Positions 7,343-15,616 of a DNA stretch of 64,000 nt are shown here, one piece after another. The notes beneath the pieces are model-generated. The model was not told the DNA's origin. It made no database searches and saw nothing but the letters and a program-made list of their open reading frames with translations. The position numbers were made by a program, and so were the translations under genes. Positions within the stretch are counted from its first letter, which is position 1. Every line of letters begins with the position of its first letter. Origin of the DNA: Candidatus Micrarchaeota archaeon (GTDB taxonomy: Archaea > Micrarchaeota > Micrarchaeia > Anstonellales > Bilamarchaeaceae); assembly GCA_043812915.1 (NCBI GenBank), contig JBDRLQ010000004.1:56704-120703 (forward strand). Reading direction: 5' to 3'.

Positions 7343-9301
7343 GTGTGCGAGATGGATGTGCGAGAGATGCACCTCTACTCTGCGAAAGTGGGGGATGAGG
7401 ACATAAAGAACTTCTTCAATCTGGTAGTGAAAGCCAAGTTTCCGATACTGGGCTTCATATCATTCTCAGATATATTCTCGCCAAATGCCCTTGGCCTGGT
7501 CCTGAAGCGGAAGGAGAACACACTCAAGATTTTTGTCAAAGATAAGCCGTGCCTCAAAAATCTGTCAGCCTTGATATTCCCGTTCAGGATGTGCGAGGCA
7601 ACTAGACTTGAAAGGTCGGCAGGCTCGTTCTTCCCGTTCCCGAAATTCTATTTCATAGGAGGCGGGAGGCACGATGCCCTTGATTTCATCCTCAAGGCGG
7701 ATATTGAGGAGATTTCAATCGGGATAACCAAAGTACTGGGAAGGTTCATCGGAATCGGCAGCGTCACGAATACAAATGGAAAGAAGGGCATTACGATAAT
7801 CTTCAGCCCTCAGAAGTTCTTCAGGATTGACCTTGAGAAGAACCCTTCCATCTATGTTGAGCTCCTGGAGCCGTTGCCCAAGAAGATGCACATGAGCTCA
7901 AAATACCCGGTATTCGAGGAAACCGGGATGAGCCTCGGCACTGACAACTACGACCCGCTCCAGCACAGCCTTATAGTCGGAACTTCGGGAGCCGGAAAGA
8001 GCAAGGGACTGTACATCCTGCTAAAAGCGATAGAGGCCAGGTTCAGGGACAACACCCGGACTGTCATAATAGATCCTCATGGCGAGTTCGCCCACATGAT
8101 GCCGCACTCAGGAATCATCGACTTCATAAAGAACTATGTGGAGCCCCTGGATGTCGGGCAGGAGAAATCGCCGATGCTCACCCAATTGATAGCGCAGCTT
8201 ATATCGTCAGCAATAGGCAAGGAGAATAAATATTCAGAGAGGGTGCTCTTCTACGCCATCCACCTCTTGGTATCGCTTGACAAGCTTGAGCTTGGGGAAA
8301 TCAGCAAGCTGCTCACTGATTCCTCAGTGAAAGCAGAGTATGTCAGCATGTCGGAAAATGCCGAAGTGAAGAGGTTCTTCGATGAGGAGTTCAATGACAT
8401 CTATATCCACCACTTCAACACTGCGATACTGCCAATCCTGAACTTCATCGGGGAGTACCAGCTTTACCTGGGGAAAGAGAAGAAGAGAGCGAATCTCCTT
8501 GAGATGATAAAGAAGAACAGGATTACCGTAATTTCATTCAACCCTCACTTCTTCGGAAGGAGAATGATAAGCTTCCTTGCAGGGGCAATCATCAACCAGA
8601 TGTATATAATGGCAATCACTGGCAAGCTGATGGACAAGCCGACAGTGCTTGTAGTCGACGAATTCCCAAGGGTGGAAACGAGGGTTACTCGGGACATACT
8701 CTCAGAGACGAGGAAGTTCAACCTGTATGCCTACCTCTCATGCCAATACCTTGGGCAACTGAGCAAGGAAGTGCTGGACTCGATAGTCTCGAATGTAAGG
8801 AACATAATCTCGTTCAAGGTGAACCGGCAGGACGCTGCCATGCTAAGCTCAATAATGGAAATCAAGGTGGAGGAATACTTCAAGAAGAGCCGCGGCCAGA
8901 CCGAGCTTGAGGAATCAAAGAAGGAGATGTTCGTGCGCCTCCACCAGAGGGAATGCATAGTGAGGCTATTCGACGGGGTGAAGTATCTCCTTCCCATGAA
9001 GCTCCGCATGGTCGACATCAAGAAATGGGGGCTCAAGGAGAATGCCTACAGGCCCCCTGACGAGCCAGGCGAATCCGAAGGGCAGCCCCCGGATGAGGGG
9101 CAGAAGGAGAAAGTGCCGGTAGAGCAACAGCTCAAGACTAAGCTGCCGGACCCGATACTTGAAAATGACGGAAGCGGAATCGGAGCAGGAGTGCCTGTGA
9201 TAAAGGGAGTTTCGGAAAAAGGCGACCTTTTGGTAACAAGGGAAAAGAGAGGCCTCCGGAAAAGGGAGCTCGGGCCAGAGCCTAAGGGCAGCCAACATTG
9301 A
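7343..9301 (+). CDS. HerA/FtsK-superfamily P-loop ATPase (DUF87 / VirB4 / TraG-like)
   Basis: Walker A HSLIVGTSGAGKS, VIIDPHGEF, Walker B LVVDEFP, ETRKFNL arginine-finger motif, Q-motif SCQYLGQL; start uncertain. Confidence 0.85.
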   Translation: MCEMDVREMHLYSAKVGDEDIKNFFNLVVKAKFPILGFISFSDIFSPNALGLVLKRKENTLKIFVKDKPCLKNLSALIFPFRMCEATRLERSAGSFFPFPKFYFIGGGRHDALDFILKADIEEISIGITKVLGRFIGIGSVTNTNGKKGITIIFSPQKFFRIDLEKNPSIYVELLEPLPKKMHMSSKYPVFEETGMSLGTDNYDPLQHSLIVGTSGAGKSKGLYILLKAIEARFRDNTRTVIIDPHGEFAHMMPHSGIIDFIKNYVEPLDVGQEKSPMLTQLIAQLISSAIGKENKYSERVLFYAIHLLVSLDKLELGEISKLLTDSSVKAEYVSMSENAEVKRFFDEEFNDIYIHHFNTAILPILNFIGEYQLYLGKEKKRANLLEMIKKNRITVISFNPHFFGRRMISFLAGAIINQMYIMAITGKLMDKPTVLVVDEFPRVETRVTRDILSETRKFNLYAYLSCQYLGQLSKEVLDSIVSNVRNIISFKVNRQDAAMLSSIMEIKVEEYFKKSRGQTELEESKKEMFVRLHQRECIVRLFDGVKYLLPMKLRMVDIKKWGLKENAYRPPDEPGESEGQPPDEGQKEKVPVEQQLKTKLPDPILENDGSGIGAGVPVIKGVSEKGDLLVTREKRGLRKRELGPEPKGSQH

Positions 9302-10052
9302 ATATATCATACCTAAAGCTCTTCTTTTCTCCCAATTCCTTGACAATCTCCTGCTGGACAAGTTCCTTGATTCTCCTGTACTCATCCGGTGCTACAGGCA
9401 CGTTACCGATTGCGTTGCGCAGATTCTTCGCATTGAAGCAGAACATGGAATCATGGACGTTCTCGCAGTTGTGGCAGAAGAGCAGGTCGCTTGAATTTGT
9501 GCACGCATCCACCTCAAAGCAGCGGGTTATCTTGGTGCAATAATGGGCATGAATGGAGAATCCAGAATGCATTATCCCATGGCATCCGAACAGGTTTTCG
9601 GAGTATAGCACGTAATTGCCATATGCGACATTCTTCACCTTGAGGTAGACGTCATCGCACATCAGCATGTTCCGCCCATCTCCTGTGCCGCTGGATTTCT
9701 CGGCGTTCGTGTAGGTCCAGTACCTGAAGTTTCCGCAGTAATGGCTGATTGGCTTTATCATGCCTAGTATGTCTTTCACGGAGGCCCCTTCCAGTTCTCC
9801 CGCCCCCATTGGAGGGGTATTCGCCTGGTCTATCTCATCGGCCGAAATCGCGTTCTTGAGGTTGAACTGCTTCTTGAGGTAGATGTCTGAAGGCGGAATC
9901 CACACTTCCTTCCCGCTGAGGGCGGATTTGGTCTCCCGGGGCAGCGGCACCGCTTTTCCAAGCCATCCACCGTACTGCTCCAGCCCGGCAAGCTCCTTTC
10001 CAAGCAACAGCCTGCACGTTGATGAGAATGCCCTCTCAAGCTCTTCACCCAT
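9282..10052 (-). CDS. Cys-rich repeat protein (C-half type)
   Basis: CTKITRCFEVDACTNSSDLLFCHNCENVHDSMFCFNAKNLRNAIGN; aligns to second half of 10782..12386. Confidence 0.8.
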   Translation of the reverse strand: MGEELERAFSSTCRLLLGKELAGLEQYGGWLGKAVPLPRETKSALSGKEVWIPPSDIYLKKQFNLKNAISADEIDQANTPPMGAGELEGASVKDILGMIKPISHYCGNFRYWTYTNAEKSSGTGDGRNMLMCDDVYLKVKNVAYGNYVLYSENLFGCHGIMHSGFSIHAHYCTKITRCFEVDACTNSSDLLFCHNCENVHDSMFCFNAKNLRNAIGNVPVAPDEYRRIKELVQQEIVKELGEKKSFRYDIFNVGCP

Positions 10053-10809
10053 CCACATCACCGTTGAACACGTTGATTATCGAGAAATCGGCCCTCTTTT
10101 TCCTTTTCATCTCATCACACAGCTCCGCTACGAGCTTCTCCTTGAGTTCCTGATACTTCTCTTTCTCCAGCTGGACATTTCCTATCATATTGTGTTTTGC
10201 CCTCAAATGGAAACAGAACATCAGGTCCGTGCAGTTCATGGTGTTGTAGCAGTAATAGCCATCGGAAACCCCTACGCAGGTGCTGCACTCGAAGCACCTT
10301 CTCATGCTGTTGTTGTAGAAGCACCTGATGATGTGCGACGAATCCCCGCTTGACGTGGAGCCGAAGGCGAATTCGCCATCATGAATCATGTATACATACG
10401 CCTCGCACTTGCCTTTCTGGATGCTTGATGAGTTGAGGATGAATGTGCCATCAACAATTGCGTCAGAGTGCTCGACAAGTTTCGAGTTTCCAAGGATTTT
10501 GTTGCCGCTGTATATTACGTTCTCGCTGATTCCTTCCAGGAGGGAATCGATGTCCTTGATGCTGTTTATATCAAGGGGTTTGGCATTGGGCACCGCGTCT
10601 TTTCCGAACTCGATGAACTTCGCATTGCCGCAGTAATGCTCGGATGTGACCCAGAGCGGCTTTCCGGAAACTGAAGCTACATCCTTGCCGATTACGGCCT
10701 CCTTCAGGTAATTCTCGAACTCCCCAAGCTCCCCGACCTCTTCCTTGAAGATCATCCTGCATGTGGCCTTCCAGGCCTTGTTCAGCTCCGCGTAAGTTTC
10801 GGATGCCAT
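10045..10809 (-). CDS. Cys-rich repeat protein (N-half type)
   Basis: YAELNKAWKATCRMIF, YSGNKILGNS, CYNTMNCTDLMFCFHLRAKHNMIGN; aligns to first half of 10782..12386. Confidence 0.8.
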   Translation of the reverse strand: MASETYAELNKAWKATCRMIFKEEVGELGEFENYLKEAVIGKDVASVSGKPLWVTSEHYCGNAKFIEFGKDAVPNAKPLDINSIKDIDSLLEGISENVIYSGNKILGNSKLVEHSDAIVDGTFILNSSSIQKGKCEAYVYMIHDGEFAFGSTSSGDSSHIIRCFYNNSMRRCFECSTCVGVSDGYYCYNTMNCTDLMFCFHLRAKHNMIGNVQLEKEKYQELKEKLVAELCDEMKRKKRADFSIINVFNGDVDG

Positions 10810-12386
10810 AGCCCCTTTCCTCCTTTGCCGCCCATGCTGAAGATGTCAATTGAAAGCTCGCCTTTTTCCTCCAGCTCGTCCGCGAACTGATGAAGCAGAG
10901 CCTTTTTCGTCTCAAGATACTTAGCCGAATCAAGCGAAAGATTCCCAATCGCGTTCCTCTTCCCCTTTGCGTTGAAGCAGAACATCGCGTCAACCAGGCC
11001 CTCTGAATTGTGGCAGAAGTAAGCGTCCGAGCATTTTTCTGAAGTGTCCATCTCGAAGCACCTGCTCAGGTTGATTGAGTTGTAGCAGTTGATGCAGAAC
11101 TCGGATTCTGTGAACCATCCGCTTCCAAAGACATTCTTGTTGTTGCCGCTCATCGTGGTGAATGCGGTGTTCTCAGAGTATGTCGCGTCAATGTCCTTGT
11201 AGGAATCGATGGTGTTGTATCCTATTGGAGTCTTGATGATGTTCCTGAGCCTCCCATCAAAGACTTCCGGAGTGAAGACCGCGAATCCAGAGGTGGCATC
11301 AACAACGCCTCTAATAGAACCAGGGACCTTCCCATCAATCATCTCAGTTCCAAATGCCAGGCCTTCCTCATAGGTCACCAGCCTTTTCCTCGGAATGGGG
11401 TTGAAGAAGTCGTATATCTGCCCGGTCGGGACAATCACTTCCCTCCCAAGGCATGATATCTCATCCCTGGTCTCTGCCCTGTTCCTGCAGAGCCATTTCG
11501 CGTGCTTTTCCAGGCCTGAAATCTCCCTTCCAAGCAGCATCCTGCACGTAGTTGCGAATGCCTTCTCAATCTTCTCCGGGCCATCCGGCTTCTGCCGCTC
11601 AGGAATTTTGAAATCATATTCATTTGGAGAGCCTTGGGAATAAAGCTCGAAGAGTGAGGGAAAGCGCTTATTCTTTTTGAGCTCATCGCCGATTTCGGCA
11701 AGAAGCTTCTTCTTGAGCTCGAGGTATTGCTGCCGCGGCAGTTCCTTATTCCCGATACAGTTCCTCTTCCTCTTGACGAAGAAGCAGAATATGGTGTCGC
11801 TGCAGCCGGAGACATTGTGCGATAAGTATGTATCACTGCAATCAAGGGCGTATGAGCTTTCGAATATCCTTTTCGAATTAATCACAGCAAAAGCTCTCAT
11901 GACGAATTCGCTGATTCCCATATACCCGCCGCTAAAAACGTACTTTGCCCCCTTGCGCACGCTGTTTCCCTTGTGCACATAAGATGAGCGGTAGATGTTC
12001 GCGGAATCCAGGACGTTCTGCGAATCCATGATTAGGTCTGAGTTGCTCACAAATGCCGAGTTCCCCAGAATCTTGTTTCCAGTGTATCTCCATTTCTCGG
12101 AAACCGCCTGCATAATCGAATCTATATCCTTGATTTCATTGATTGTGAGCGCTTCTGGATTGGCCTGCGCCTCCTCGCTTGATACGAACTTGGCAGTTCT
12201 ACCGTAAAAATCAGAATCAATAAAGACATCTTTTCCGGAGACGCATGATTTCCTCGCGCTTGGCATCGGATAGTATTCACTGAGCCATCCATCGTATTCC
12301 TTCAAATCCCCGAGTTCCTGTCCAAAGAGCACCCTGCAGGCTGCCTTCCAACCTTTGTCCAGCGATGCGTAAACCTCCCCATCCAT
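10782..12386 (-). CDS. Cys-rich repeat protein with two homologous halves
   Basis: Two units, each starting KA(W/F)xxxCRxLxGxE and ending FCFxxKxKRNxIGN...Y.ELKKxLL; leaderless start 23 nt from TATA. Confidence 0.85.
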   Translation of the reverse strand: MDGEVYASLDKGWKAACRVLFGQELGDLKEYDGWLSEYYPMPSARKSCVSGKDVFIDSDFYGRTAKFVSSEEAQANPEALTINEIKDIDSIMQAVSEKWRYTGNKILGNSAFVSNSDLIMDSQNVLDSANIYRSSYVHKGNSVRKGAKYVFSGGYMGISEFVMRAFAVINSKRIFESSYALDCSDTYLSHNVSGCSDTIFCFFVKRKRNCIGNKELPRQQYLELKKKLLAEIGDELKKNKRFPSLFELYSQGSPNEYDFKIPERQKPDGPEKIEKAFATTCRMLLGREISGLEKHAKWLCRNRAETRDEISCLGREVIVPTGQIYDFFNPIPRKRLVTYEEGLAFGTEMIDGKVPGSIRGVVDATSGFAVFTPEVFDGRLRNIIKTPIGYNTIDSYKDIDATYSENTAFTTMSGNNKNVFGSGWFTESEFCINCYNSINLSRCFEMDTSEKCSDAYFCHNSEGLVDAMFCFNAKGKRNAIGNLSLDSAKYLETKKALLHQFADELEEKGELSIDIFSMGGKGGKGLWHPKLTRS

Positions 12387-12408
12387 GATAAAATGTATTT
12401 TATAGTGA

Positions 12409-12438
12409 TATATATCGGAAGTGCCGCTCTGGAGCGGC
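12409..12438 (-). promoter_or_regulatory. Palindromic operator + TATA box upstream of Cys-rich operon
   Basis: Minus strand GCCGCTCCAGAGCGGC-N4-CCGATATATA; perfect 7-2-7 inverted repeat at 12423-12438. Confidence 0.75.
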
Positions 12439-12448
12439 TGGTATAAAA

Positions 12449-13180
12449 CTAGATCTTCCTGAGGATTTTCCCTAGAATCGGAAGCAATTTCATCTCCGCT
12501 TTCCGCAGGTGCTCTGCCAAAGTGGAGGGCGAAATCCCTGTCTTCTCGGCAAGCCCATCAATGCTAATTTTCTTGGGCATTTCGTAATACCCATAGTCGC
12601 AGGCGAGCCGGAACATCTCAAGCTGCTTGTTGCTAAGCAGCTGCTTGGCGGCCTTCAAATCAAAGAACCCGCTGGCGCCAAACGTATTGAGGCCTTCGGC
12701 CTCTTTGACATCAAGGTACCTTTTCTTCTTGAGCTTGACTTCATAGTCCTTCTGCTCCTTCCACTTGCTCAGAAGCTCATCCATGGCTTTGTGGGATTCG
12801 GCCAGAAGAATCTCCGAGTCGATGCCATCCGAAGTTACCGGCGACTCAAGAAGCGTAACCTTCGTCTGATGGAGAATTTTGTAGGTCATTGCCTCATAGC
12901 TCGATACCACCCGCAGAAGCGCGCTGCCCGGCTGAAGCATCAGCACCTCAACACTTTTGACGAGCCTGTGGTTCCTGATGAATTCGATGTCCTTCCTTGG
13001 AAATGGGGAAGTCAGCTGGACCAGGTTGGTGATTGTGCCCTCATCGACAGAAGACATCGTGGAGACCAGGCTCGCGTCCCTGTTTTTCTCTGTCACATCG
13101 CAGAACCAGCACAAGTGGTGGATGTTAGCCTCGAAAAGCACGGGATTCCTGTATCCGCCATCGCCCCATTCAGTTTCCAT
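12449..13180 (-). CDS. Transcriptional regulator with C-terminal Bat-type HTH (HTH_10)
   Basis: LSNKQLEMFRLACDYGYYEMPKKISIDGLAEKTGISPSTLAEHLRKAEMKL; N-terminal HxxCW motif typical of this archaeal family. Confidence 0.9.
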   Translation of the reverse strand: METEWGDGGYRNPVLFEANIHHLCWFCDVTEKNRDASLVSTMSSVDEGTITNLVQLTSPFPRKDIEFIRNHRLVKSVEVLMLQPGSALLRVVSSYEAMTYKILHQTKVTLLESPVTSDGIDSEILLAESHKAMDELLSKWKEQKDYEVKLKKKRYLDVKEAEGLNTFGASGFFDLKAAKQLLSNKQLEMFRLACDYGYYEMPKKISIDGLAEKTGISPSTLAEHLRKAEMKLLPILGKILRKI

Positions 13181-13285
13181 GAATAAAGTCCCCTCTTTAT
13201 CTATCAATATATGCTAAAAAAAGTTTAAAAATATACACGTTGAACAAGAAATAACCACCAGACCGCAAAACAGCCAAAAAGGCCA

Positions 13286-14500
13286 TTACGAGGTCTCAAA
13301 CTCGAACGAGTCATAGCAGAGCTGCTGCTCGTTAGTGGTGGTTATGTAATCGCAGTATGCCACCTCCCCTGAGAGCACGGCATACTCGGTGTAGCACTTG
13401 TTCTTCCAGCTCACCCTCACTATGTCAGCGCAGTATTTGTAATCCAGGTTCGGGTTGTCCAGTATGGAGCCGACATAGCAGGTGTTGGTGTGTGACGGAT
13501 CCCCTATCAGGTCACATGCAGACGGGTCGCCGAATTTCTTTGCATATTCGAAATAGCACAGGAAGAGGTAGGTGTGAGCGCGCGCTTCGATTGAGTTGCA
13601 GCCGGCAAGGTCCTCGGTCGCTAGCGAATAGTTCGTAAGGCAGTTCCACAGGTCGTTTATCTGAAGGATATTGTTGTACCTGCAGAATCCCGGGTCGTGG
13701 GTTGCTATCGCGAAATGGGAGTAGCATTCAAGCGCATATGATGTCTCCGGGCTTATCATCGTGCAGGTAAGCTTCTCATTTGCTGCCTTTGCCCAGATCA
13801 GCCTGCAGAGATCTTTCTGTGATGCTGTTCCTGCATAATAGCAGTCGTCCTGGTCAAGCAGGATTGAGCGGCACGCATATTTCAGGACGCTGTCCGTGAT
13901 TGCATCGCAATCTTCTACATTGCCGCTCTTCATGCTGAAATTATAGAGGCATTCTGAATCCTCGCCGCAGTATTCGGCGTCATCATACTTGAGCGCGAGG
14001 CACATCCTCCTTGCGCCATCAGAAACGAGATAGCAATCCTCTACCTGGCCCTTGCAGTCCAGGATGCCATCGGTGAGGTATTCGCACACGGCGACATCCC
14101 CGCTTCCGACCGCATGGTGGACTATACATTCCCTGAAAAGAGTGTCGTTCCCTACATGCCTGCAAGCGTCAAGAGACTCGAAGGAAAGCCCTTCGTAGCA
14201 ATCCTCCTCCAGCGTTTCATTCTCAATATCAGGGCAATAGCTCAGGTCCAGCTCCGTAAGCGCTTTTTCAAGCAGGCATTCATCGCCGCAAATCTCTACT
14301 GTCTCGTTGGTAATGTTCATTGGCGGCGGGGTTACGTTGCCGCCTGGCCCTGGCGGCGGCTCATTGCCATTCTGGCCGAGCATCAGGACAATTGCCACAC
14401 CGCCGACGATTATTAAGGCGAGGAGTATCCCAAGCATTATCATCGGGTTGCCTGCGCCTTCATCTTTCTTATAAGCATATTTAGCACTCTTAGGGGCCAT
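13286..14500 (-). CDS. Membrane-anchored Cys-rich repeat surface protein
   Basis: N-terminal TM helix, Pro-rich linker, about 12 repeats of D...C..I.......C(Y); NxT/S sequons. Confidence 0.8.
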   Translation of the reverse strand: MAPKSAKYAYKKDEGAGNPMIMLGILLALIIVGGVAIVLMLGQNGNEPPPGPGGNVTPPPMNITNETVEICGDECLLEKALTELDLSYCPDIENETLEEDCYEGLSFESLDACRHVGNDTLFRECIVHHAVGSGDVAVCEYLTDGILDCKGQVEDCYLVSDGARRMCLALKYDDAEYCGEDSECLYNFSMKSGNVEDCDAITDSVLKYACRSILLDQDDCYYAGTASQKDLCRLIWAKAANEKLTCTMISPETSYALECYSHFAIATHDPGFCRYNNILQINDLWNCLTNYSLATEDLAGCNSIEARAHTYLFLCYFEYAKKFGDPSACDLIGDPSHTNTCYVGSILDNPNLDYKYCADIVRVSWKNKCYTEYAVLSGEVAYCDYITTTNEQQLCYDSFEFETS

Positions 14501-14756
14501 GCTATTCTAAACGAACTAAAGATTTATAAACTCGCTAATTCTCCGCGGCGCCTTGCCCTGCGGCGGGCATACGGAGGCCGATGGCAGGGTCGGAAGCCGA
14601 AAATATACTGCTGTGGTTCAACCGCTCAGGGGTGAAAAAGGAGCTATATAAATGTTCCCCTTCCAATCCATCATCCGCACCAAGCTTTTGGTGCGAAAAA
14701 AGAGTGGGAGGCGAGATGGAGCCATTCGGTGTACCATCTCCCTCGTTCTTCTCATC

Positions 14757-15521
14757 TTATTCAACGTGAAAAACAGGCTGGCTTCTAGCCGGGTGCTCGG
14801 CATCCGGAATCTCGTTTTGCCCAGTTGCCCTGAGCGGTCTGAGGGAACTCCTGAAGAAGTCCCCGACTGCCATGGCGTACCTTGAGACAGTCCTGTAGAT
14901 GAACCTGTTTATTCCGCCTTTTTCCTGCGGGTCAAGCACCTCTCCATTTCCACCAGCCACAACCGGGGTATGGAAAGCGTTCGTAACGGCAACCCTAATG
15001 TGGCCGAAGGAGCATACCTCCTCATGGTCGGAACCGCGGCCATATCCTTCCGTATCGAATGCATAGCTCCCAATTATCCAGTGGCTTCTAACTTGCGTGG
15101 CAAGGGGGGCGCCGCTGGAATCGGTAATAAGCGTAATCGGCTCTGCGTCAGGCTTGTGCTGCCTGGCAAATTCAGTTGCGCCATCATAGTTCCATTCCAG
15201 CCAGAGGGTGTTCGCGAACCTCCCCCCTGGAAGCAGCGTCCTCTCAACACCGATTCTCTGGGGCTGCTCTCCAGCAATTGACAGGCAGAGGCCCTCTTCA
15301 AGTTCTGTGGCTCCGGGAACATCAGGAAGATTGAGCTCGTGGCATGGAAGGCTCCCATGCCTATGGTTGAAGTCTGTAGCAGCAACCTCGCAAGTGCCGA
15401 TTGTTCCAATGACAAGCCCGGCAGCAGCCAGTGGCACGACCCTTCGAAGGATTTTTCTTTTTGCCTTTTCGGGCTTTGATTGCGATTCTCTCTCAACAAT
15501 GCTTCTGATGACCCTGCTCAT
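14757..15521 (-). CDS. Hypothetical protein with N-terminal TM/signal segment
   Basis: 254-aa ORF; basic N-terminus then VVPLAAAGLVIGTIG; TATA TTTATAAA upstream. Confidence 0.65.
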   Translation of the reverse strand: MSRVIRSIVERESQSKPEKAKRKILRRVVPLAAAGLVIGTIGTCEVAATDFNHRHGSLPCHELNLPDVPGATELEEGLCLSIAGEQPQRIGVERTLLPGGRFANTLWLEWNYDGATEFARQHKPDAEPITLITDSSGAPLATQVRSHWIIGSYAFDTEGYGRGSDHEEVCSFGHIRVAVTNAFHTPVVAGGNGEVLDPQEKGGINRFIYRTVSRYAMAVGDFFRSSLRPLRATGQNEIPDAEHPARSQPVFHVE

Positions 15522-15616
15522 GATAATAATTTGGATGATTCGATTTATAAATATTTACATAATCTATAACAAATCAGTTATGTGGGTATTATATACTTTA
15601 TGTGTTATATTCAAAC

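Noticed and set aside
14541..14645. Similarity to archaeal SRP RNA Alu domain (CGGCG...GCCGAT...GGAAGCCGA)
   Set aside because: The following CAGG-GGT-GAAA-AAGG-AGC cannot pair as helix 8 and the region is too short; kept only as an unknown structured element
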